From contig CM060732.1 in NCBI GenBank assembly GCA_030704615.1, forward strand, positions 73,470,001 through 73,534,000: a stretch of DNA of 64,000 bases. The letters run 5' to 3'. Below, in pieces: positions 55,401 to 64,000 of the stretch. Each line of letters opens with the position of its first letter. The first letter of the stretch is position 1. The position numbers and the translations under genes are program-made. The notes beneath the pieces are model-generated. The model was not told the origin of the DNA. It saw nothing but the letters and a program-made list of their open reading frames with translations, and did no database searches. The DNA comes from Takakia lepidozioides (taxonomy: Eukaryota; Plantae; Bryophyta).

Positions 55401-58400
55401 TCAGCCCAAACAGTGTGCGGCAACGCACACAGTTTGAGATGAACATTTCAATGTTTCTGGGTGCAAAATTTGGACTTCAGGGGCACCTATGTGAGGATGA
55501 AATGAACCCTTCACTGTCAGCCCAAACAGTGTGCGGCAACGCACACTGTTTGAGCTGAACATTTCAATGTTTTAGGGTGTAAAATTTGGTCTTCAGGTTA
55601 ACATTTCTGGGGATAAAATGAACCCTTCACTGTCAGCTCAAACAGTCTGTGGAACCGCACACTGTTTAGGCAGAACATATCAATATTGAAGGGCGCAACC
55701 TTCGGCCCTCATGGGCACATATCTGAGGATGAAATGAATCCTTTACTGCCAGCTCAAACAGTGTGCGGCAACGCTCACTGTTTGAGCAGAACTTTTCAAT
55801 GTTCTTTCCTTGTGAAAATCGGGAACATAGGGCAGGTCCGTGAGGATCAATGAACACTTACCTGGCAGCTCAAAGAACACTTACCTGTTTGATCCCACTT
55901 TTTCATGCATCAGTCGACGTTTCATTCCTCTCTTATAAGAATTTGAGTGAACAACCTTGCAGGAGAAAATGCAAAGTGTGGCGGATGAGGTCCCTCAGGG
56001 TCAGGGGAAGGAGACCATAGTTGATGTTGACGATGAGTGTTATGAAAGCAAAGCCGCTGAGATGCTGGGGGGTCAAAAAGGTGAACTCTCAGCTTGTGGT
56101 TCAAAGTATGCTTGCTCCTGGTGGGAGGTTGAAGATTCCCCTGTGTAGGTTGGTTTCCATGCCCGTCGTTCGTCCACCCCTTGTCAAAGACATTCTCAAG
56201 CTGGAGGCCGAGTTTGTTCATGGGTATTTGGATGGATCCGCAGTCTTTTACGTTTCTACTAGGGATTCTAGAGGTAACGAGCTCCTTGTGGATGAGTCAA
56301 TCGTCGACTCCTGGGACCCCATTTGGAGACAGGTGAACGAATCCTTCGAACTTCTTCTCTCCAGGAAACCTTCCACCCAGGTATTCTCGGGGAAGATGTT
56401 TCACGTTTGGGATGGCAACCACCGGTTGCTTGCATGGATGGCTGTCATTGGGAGGCTGCACTCACAGGAGGAAGAGTGGCATTACTCCATTCGATCGATG
56501 GTGCTTGATTGTGACGACAACATGATGGGTCTTCTGACGGCAATGAATGATGTGAACAGGTTGGTTTCTCATTGTACATGTTGCACTTCTGGTTCCGTTC
56601 TTCCTTGATTCAAGTCCTTGAATTACATTCTGAAATTCAGATATCATTTTGCAGAGGGACGGAGACATCGCATGTCAAAATGAGTCTGGTTCACACACTG
56701 TATAGGATACAAAGGATCGGGCAGATGCCCTTGACCAACTTCAAGACCATCCTTTCGGCAGAGATGTATAAGAAATGCGAAAGCTCCAAGACTTCGGAAA
56801 CATGGTACTCGTTGACCCGTGAGGCTTTCATGGAGTACATGTACACGGTGAGATACATCTTCCTTCATCTGGCCTTTCCATATTCCTGCTTCCACATGTT
56901 TGTTTCTGTCTGTCTCCCTTGACCTTGGATTGATGCAACTCTCTTGCATTCCCTTGCAGCAAGATTGCAGATGCAGGGGAGCGTGGCAAACTGGAATACT
57001 ACAGCTCTACCCCTGAGGAGAGAAGGACAACAAAGGGGGTTGAAAGTCACATCCAGAAGGAGATGAACGCTACAAGAAGGACAATAATGAGTGCTTTTGT
57101 GAAGCAGTTGAGAATGGCCGACCCATCATTCGGGCCGCAGTTTCTCCTGGAGATAAAAAACCATTATAACAAGCCAGGCAAGCCGGAGATGGCCCAGGAG
57201 AAGTTGCACAGGTTGTCTACCGCCGTCGTGTCTTCTGAACAGAAGGTGAAGTGGCTACAGATATGGAACTCCGATCCCACAGTTAGGGATACCCACATGT
57301 TCCCAAGGCCAGAGAAAGAGAAGAAGACCCAGCGTGTCGTTCCTGTCAGTGACAATGTGCTGGACACCTGGCTTCACAAGGCCACTTACTGGAGCCAGGT
57401 GTGATGTCCTCTCGTATCTCACTTTTATTTCTCTTTTCCTGTCCTTCTCTTCCCATTGCCTCTTACATTCGCTGTGACTGTTTTTGGGTTCATTCTTCCA
57501 TTTCAATTGTTTTGCAGTTGGAAGAAAGGGCCCGATCGGTTCTGCATACTCAGCTGGCTGACTATGGCATCACTATGACAGCTCCGAAGGTCTCCTTCGA
57601 AGCTTACATGAGGAAATGGAGAGCCACAGTGTGGCACTCTGGTTTCTTTAGAGAGTTCAGCAAGGAGGGTGGCATCAGTCGAACAAATGAGCTTGACCAG
57701 CAGGAAAAAGGAGAGGAAGCCTGGAAACGATGCCTTTACAGGTGCACACCCTTGCACTCTTTACTTGTGTTGTGGTTGCAATGTGTTGTGTGGCATACTG
57801 TTTAAGGGGGTCTTCCTGGTGTGTTGAAAAAGCTGGGACACAATATGTGCACTGGAAAATGAGGCTGTGTCTGTTCCTGCAGGTACATTAGGTTTGTTCT
57901 CTTGGAAGAGAATTGCTTGGACAAACATCCAGATTTCGTGGACCTTTGGCTTGTCCCTGCTGGCAACCAGACCATGTTCACTGCTGGGATCTTGCATGAC
58001 TGGGGCCTAGACCATCTTTCTTCTTGTGGTTGGTATTTGGATTGCCCTCCTTCAGAGACCCCAGCTGTAGAGTTGTCTTTGAGGAGAGAGAATGACCGTA
58101 TTGCAGCCACTGCCGCAGCAGCGGACCTCGACATTCATGAGCGTAATCTGAGGACTCTTGCAGAGAAGGAGCCTCCCGCTCAGGATACCCCGGGTAGAGG
58201 AAGAAAGGCAAAGGGAAAAGATGTTGCTGGTGTTGTGGGGAAGGGAAGGGGTAGAGGGAAGGTGGCACAAGGGCAGGGAAGTGTTGCAGCTATTGGCCCT
58301 GTGGAGCATGTCCAGCAGACTCCACCGCATGGTAGGGGATCCGGGAGAAAAAACAAGGGGGTGGTTGATCCCAAGGACCCGTACCATGCAGTGGAACATC

Positions 58401-60081
58401 CCACGAGGGTCATTCGTCCAACCAGGTTGGAGATTGCCAACGTCGGGTTCCTTGCCATGATGGAGTCGAAGAAATCTGATTACAAGGGCGAGCCATCACC
58501 AGTGTGGGAGAGGATTGTCGAGTTCCTCAGCACGGTGCGTGTTCTCTTTGGGTTCTGTGGCTTCTGCTCTCTTTGTCTGCTGTGGGCATGGATCGTTTAT
58601 AAACTTGTCAGAATTCCATTGTATTTTTGTTTGCAGGCTAAAATGACCAAATCGTGGGTGAACGGGAAGGAGAAGCCATATGCAGCGGAACTCATCATCT
58701 TGGACATCCCTGATGGGTTGGCAGTCCCGGATATCCCTCCATCGGGTGCTTGTCCGGGTTGGAATGCATTTGATGAGCGCTACTGGCGGTGGGTTTTTTC
58801 CTTTTGCAACTTCTTCCTTTCCGATGCAGGTGTTTTGGTTCTCATCCAGTCCATCGATGTTCGGTGTCGCCGTGCCCTTGCCAGCTATTTGAAAGCCTCG
58901 GGCATGAGAGTCATGAAGACATGGAATTGTGTGAACAGCATGTACCTTACGAAGGGGGATCGTCCGGGAGAGATGGTGAGTTTCCCTTCTTCTTCCTCTT
59001 CTTTTTTGTTCTGGGATTGTGTTGTATAGGTCGCTCGAACTCATATGTAGGGGCCCGATTTTATTTTGGTTCTTAGTTCCTTGTGGATGTCATGTTTGCA
59101 GACTCGTCTGTTTGAAGCTGTTTGTCTCGTCCGGGTGCATCCACCAACGACTCCGGCCGGCATTACGGAGTTTGCCATCACTCACGGGGGCAAGTTCATA
59201 GATGACAGGACAGATCCTCCCACGGATGACATGCATCACAACTACGTCGACAGCAACTTGTGCTTGCGAAGGGGGAATGGGGTTCCTTGGAGAGGGGCGA
59301 GGGAGAGGAGCCCGACTTTCATTCAAACGATTGTGGAGTGCTGCACCTACACAGACGCCAGAGTTCTGGATTTGTCGATGGGCACAGGTTCGTCTCTTCA
59401 ACATTCACATTTCATGAGGTTTGATTGAGCTTGCACTTTCAGCACTTTCCACCGTTCCGAATGTGTCTTCAATGTCTGCTTACTTCATTCTATTCCACTG
59501 CAGGTGCTTCGTACCACGCTTGCAAGGCCAGTGCGCGACATGTCTTTGGGATTGAAGGGGATGCTGAGATTTACAAGAACCTCCTGATGGGTTTGGGTGG
59601 ACACACTTCTCAGGTCCTTCCGAAGCCCCGTCCCGCTGATACTGGTACAGAGGAGACTTCTGACAAGGAGCTGGACTCCGACTTTGCCTGTGAGTAAGTT
59701 CAACCTGTGCATGCTTGCATTGTTGTTTCAATATCGAGAATCGCTGTTCTTGAGGCAAAGTGCACATGGGAGACATCCTCTTCGTTGGACTTGTGCATTG
59801 CATCATTGTGTTAAAAATGGGATTTTGTGGACATGTGTAGGAGTCCGCGTGCTTCCACTTGCCCTCCTGGGCTATCACACCTATTTGGACTTGTTTTCAG
59901 TCCTCCTCGGTCTTGTGTGCTACCTGTCTATGCGGAGGCACTCGCAGCAAGCATGTCCGTTCATGGCACTCAGAGTCCACCTTGCGATGGCCTTCGTAGA
60001 ACACGTGGTGTTGGGGCCAGAATCTTTGTAGATGACATAGCACAGGAGGTGGACACTGATTGTGATGACTGCGACACTTGA
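52484..60081 (+). CDS. ParB/Srx-like domain + beta-class N4/N6 DNA-methyltransferase-like fusion protein (~1,150 aa, 10 exons), transposon passenger
   Basis: Exons 52484-52795, 55963-56559, 56655-56847, ~56964-57398, 57518-57741, 57883-58534, 58637-58975, 59102-59387, 59504-59693, 59841-60081. ParB-like IPLCRL...VRP...WDGNHRL (56411). MTase-like LIILDIPDG (58703), then RVLDLSMGTG|ASYHACKASARHVFGIEGDAEIY. Possible 1-nt frameshift near 56066-56080. Confidence 0.75.
52817..55875. repeat. Tandem array of ~27 units of 115-116 bp, most with an ~18-bp-arm palindrome (GCAA spacer), inside intron 1 of the ParB-MTase gene
   Basis: GGGTGCAAAATTTGG-type unit starts at 52933, 53029, 53144, 53260, 53376, 53491 ... 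55575, 55691, plus degenerate edge copies. Core CAGCyCAAACAGTGTGCG-GCAA-CGCACACTGTTTGAGCTG. Confidence 0.95.
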
Positions 60082-60338
60082 TATGAAGTATTCTTTTGGT
60101 TTAATTCTGGGACAAATTTGAAATGGGATGGTTGTGTGTCCTTATTGTCCTCTTTGCAATGTGTGCGTGGAATTCACATTCATGGTTCCAAACTATTGTT
60201 GGAGATGGGGGTTGCATGGACTGCCCGGATTGTTCCTTCAATATATTTGTTGTTTTGTGGACCTCACAGACTTGAGTACATTGCAAAAACAAACAAACCA
60301 CTTTGTTCTCAATTCTCAATTCTCCCCACATCAACCCG

Positions 60339-60387
60339 CGGAAATAGGTGACACCACTCGGAAATAGGTGACATCCGCGGAAATAGG
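60339..60387. repeat. Subterminal repeats of the MULE right end
   Basis: CGGAAATAGG at 60339, 60359 and 60378. Confidence 0.7.
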
Positions 60388-60477
60388 CACTGTTTGCATG
60401 CTGACGTGGCGTGAGCCTGTGCTGGGCTCACAGGCTCACGCCTCCAGGCTCATGGAATAGCACCCCCCCAACCCGGC

Positions 60478-62434
60478 CAATCCACAACCCTGCTAGGATA
60501 TACATTCGGACTTGACCTCACTGACGAGCAGAGATTTGCACCTATTTTGAACAAGCTGAAGAGGAAATTGGCTTTTTGGGGATCGAAGCATCTGTCAATC
60601 ATAGGTAGAGCCTTGGTAGTAAATCAAATCCTGGAGGCCGGGATCTGGTACTATGCCAGCTCATGGAGACCTAACTCGACTCAAATCCAACAGGTTAAAA
60701 AACTGCTGCGTAATTTCATCTGGGGGGCTGAATCGTCATCACAGGGTAAAAGATCCCAAGTGCCGTGGAGCCAAATATGTCTCCCCAAAAAACAGGGAGG
60801 GTTGGGCATCATCGACCCTGAAAAACAGATTGTATCCCTTCTTAGTAAATGGATACCTCGGTTCATGGGCCCCGAGGGTGGTTGGTGGAAGTTCATCGTG
60901 GCAGACAGTATTCCGATGGCCTCCCCTTTGAAAAATGCTTCTTGGGCACCATCATTTCGATGGATTGTCAACGGTTTCAACTTCAAAAAAGTGGGATCCA
61001 GTCTATGGAACTCTATCTGGCAGGCATGGGGGAGGCTGCGGGGCTTTCTCAAAAAACATGAACCCTCTAACTACTTCGAGATCCTTCGTCAATACCTTTT
61101 CCTTAATACCAACAAGCCAAGCCCTTCCCAGCGAAAAGAGGCAAGCCGCTGGTCAGCATGGGACAACCTGGGTATCTCCCAAATGGGTAACCTGTGGCAG
61201 GGCAACGGAGTCAAATCGCAGGATCTCATTGCTTCAACAGTGGCAAAGGCTAGAGCAAGCAAGTCATACTCAAACCTTATTCAAAACATTGACCAAACAT
61301 GGATTGGGCATCTGAACACTGGACCTATTTTTCCATCACACAACTACTGGGCACTTACCATTCACAACAACCTTCTTACCATCCTGTTCGTTAACCATTC
61401 CACCTCAAGCAACCATGTCGCCTACGCTTTCCACATTGACCCTCTCACCCTAACCCTCCATCTTCATTCGCAAGAACCTGTCATCCTACCCCCCAACCCT
61501 CTTACATCAGTCAGAGTTTGCTGCTGGTCTACTTCTCCGAAAGAAATGGATCCCCAACCCCCCCCCAGGTCTTTCTCACTCAGCATGGCTTGCCTCTGCC
61601 ACATTTATCTGGATTCTTGGCAGGCCCCTTGCTGAGTTGCAGTTCGATCCTTCCGAATGGTCTTGGGAGTTTGGAAGACAACCAAAACCTTTCTTTTTGT
61701 CCACCAAAAAAGGTTACAAGGCTTTGTCCCTGCCAATTTCACTGAAAGCAAAGTGGGAGTCAAGATGGGGGCACATGTTTAGAGATGAGAACTGGTCCGC
61801 AATCTGGGGCTCTGTGTGGCTAAAGTCCAGGCCTGCCAAAATCCAAGCATCCCTCTGGCAAGTTGCTAACATAGTGCTCAAGGTGGGCGAATGGTTACAA
61901 TTTCAGGATGCCCTCCTTTGCTCCTGCTGCTCATCAGGATTCATGGAAAGCCTTGAACATTGTCTCATCTTGTGCCAAGCAGCAGCCATCATTTGGCCAT
62001 TTATCAAAAACATTTACTCCTGTTGGAACCTCATTCCTCTCTCTCCCACGATCCTGCTTCTAAACTATGACGCAACAACAAAAAGGAAAGCTATTCATTG
62101 CCCTGTTTTCGAAACACTTAGAGGTAGCACACTTTGGCACCTCTGGAAAGCAAGATGCTCCAAAACTTTCTCTGGACAAACTTCTACAGTTTCAGCTCTT
62201 CCCACATCTGTTTTCTATGACCTTGGGACAGAATCCAGGAAGGCTTGGGCCAAGCATTGTGCACAGATCCAACGGAAACCAGAGATCGCAGGGGCTTCCC
62301 ATGATAAATTCCGCATCACCTGGGGTAATCGAGGGCTCATCTGTAGCAGCACAAATCCAAATACATGTGTTTGGCCAGACCTGCCCCCACCCAACTGGAG
62401 AGGAATTTGCACAACACTCCACCGCGTCGCTTGA
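60478..62434 (+). pseudogene. LINE ORF2, 3' part (RT C-terminal region + zf-RVT)
   Basis: STTLLGYTFG, LSIIGRALVVNQIL, VPWSQICLPKKQGGLG, CSCC...ESLEHCLILC and LWHLWKARC. Frameshift near 61560. Confidence 0.88.
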
Positions 62435-64000
62435 GTTCGATCGAGAGAAAAACTGGAAACATCTTAAGGGCTCTTCTAAAGCCTCCCGTCTTCAGTTTAG
62501 GCAGGTGTAATAGCATTACCAATCCCTAGGCAGTACACTAACTCACGTTGGTGCCATTACTATCTGTATTCATGTGTTGACTTCCAGTTCATGTTTCTTC
62601 CTCCGGGGTAGTAACATAGATCCTAGGGTTCTCGTTTTTGGTAACCATAGTTAACACTTGCCTCTCCGAGGGGTCATGTTCGGGGCCTCTTTGGCTCAAG
62701 TTTACCTCAATGAGGGTACGGGTTCTAACTTCACTGATAACGGTGTGTGTGCCTTATGGCGAAAATAGGGGTTTTAATTTTTTTCCCGGAATAATTCCAA
62801 ATAAATTGTAATGGCCTTTCGGCCAACCAAAAATATAATATAAAAAGAAATTTATAGAAAAAAATAAATTGGTTCTTTCAATATATGAAGCAAAGATTGT
62901 TTGTTTGTTTGTTTGTTTTGTATTGTAGCGTTGAGATCTTTGAAACCGCGGACCCCAACCCTTGGAAAGCCCTCAATGAGGAGGGGTGCACCGACTTGGT
63001 CTCAATTCTTAACACATGGGCCTACACTTGGACTTAGATGACACTGGACACTTGGGCCAATGGCACATGCTACCCTAGTCCATTATGATGCAGTATGGCT
63101 CTACACCGATTTTAAGGAAAATTGGCGTGATATGAAGCCAAATATAATACCAAGTTGCTATCAGGGATTGAGATTTTGACCCAGCATTTACAGCAGACTG
63201 ATATCAAAATTATTTTCTTTTAGAGATACTTAGAACTGGCTGGTTTAAAAAAAAATCAAAATAATAATACTTAACGCGGCTGGTCTGTGAAAAATGTACA
63301 TGCCCCTTACTCTCCCCTTCCTCTTATGTTACAACAGGGGCTTAGTGATTTTTGACACTCATGCCTAGTCTCCTCTTTAGAACATGCCGCAAACCGCAAG
63401 AGGCTGTGTCCATTGAAGCAACAATTTTGACAAGCTGCAACGTGGCCAACATATGGCCAAGTAGTTAGGGCACAAATCTGACTAAGATGTGATTGTGGGT
63501 TTGAAGTTTTCAACTTGTGTTGCACAGTGTCACACTTCAGCTATAAAAGTGGAGCTATAAAATGGATCAACCCCACCCAATATGTACATACATGGGGGAG
63601 GTTGGGGCAACTAAGTCTTCCATACAACAGTCGGTTTTCATGGTACAACCAGGGAGCCACAACTGAAGAGGTCTTACTTGAAGAAGGTACCACCAAGGAA
63701 AAGCTACCTAGAGACAGAGGGAAGTTGGAACCAAAGAGGGTTATCCTGAGAAGCAACCAAGGAGGTGGTTTTGGGGATAGTAGAACAGAACAGGATCAAC
63801 AGGATTCTGTGGGGAAGGTGTTCTTCATACAGGCATTAGCTGCTGCGGGCTGGGAGTTGGGACTAGGGAGGCCATCTTGTAATCATAGTAGTCAATACTT
63901 CACCGTCAGCTGCACTAAGTACTGGCAGATAAATGAAAGTCAGTATTTAGTATAGATCAGAACAAGTATTTCAGCATGTGTGCCAATAAATTGACATAGT

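Larger units (their letters stand above)
47550..60468. mobile_element. Mutator-like (MULE) DNA transposon, 12.9 kb, with a ParB-methyltransferase passenger gene and an internal palindromic tandem array
   Basis: TSD CAACCAGGC (47541-47549) / CAACCCGGC (60469-60477); an 11-bp reading is also possible. Removing the element restores LINE ORF2 as WLQPG-QSTTLLG. Degenerate TIRs share the spacing GCTA-N4-RTGAGCC-N7-GTGAGCCTG. Encodes a MULE DDE transposase. Confidence 0.88.
41858..62851 (+). mobile_element. Decayed full-length L1/Tx1-clade LINE, interrupted by the MULE at 47550-60468
   Basis: Contains ORF1 and ORF2 remnants and an A-rich 3' tail (62826-62851). TSD TTATAGA at 41851-41857 and 62852-62858; the empty-site paralog is visible at 41021-41061. 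Confidence 0.85.

Noticed and set aside
52817-55875. CRISPR array
   Set aside because: The constant part is ~91 bp, and the variable windows are mutually related and repeat in higher-order blocks. No cas-like ORF is present and the context is a eukaryotic intron.
47550-60468. Bacterial/phage contamination, or a restriction-modification system
   Set aside because: Both genes have spliceosomal introns, the unit is inserted with a TSD inside a plant LINE, and no nuclease partner is visible.
63515-63955. 146-aa ORF or LTR at the window end
   Set aside because: No protein motif, and LTR boundaries, PBS or TSD cannot be established within the window.

Overview
Eukaryotic, intron-rich land-plant genomic DNA (probably a non-seed plant; this is an inference). 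The left ~37 kb holds four host genes: a Deg14/HtrA protease (-), a purple acid phosphatase (-) head-to-head with a 29-exon L-arabinokinase (+) that carries RTEX-type LINE pieces in its introns, and an NFRKB-related DEUBAD protein (-). The right part is a nest of mobile elements. A decayed L1-type LINE (41858-62851) is split in mid-ORF2 by a 12.9-kb Mutator-like (MULE) DNA transposon (47550-60468, 9-bp TSD, motif-based degenerate TIRs). This transposon is the most notable feature. It encodes an apparently intact transposase (GCM-like zinc finger, DDE core, SWIM). It also carries a divergently oriented 10-exon gene fusing a ParB/Srx-like domain to a beta-class N4/N6 DNA-methyltransferase fold. 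The first intron of that gene is filled by about 27 copies of a 115-116 bp repeat, most carrying an ~18-bp-arm palindrome. Together these suggest a transposon-borne ParB/parS-like self-marking or anti-silencing module (hypothesis). All calls are from reading the sequence by eye; no searches were run.
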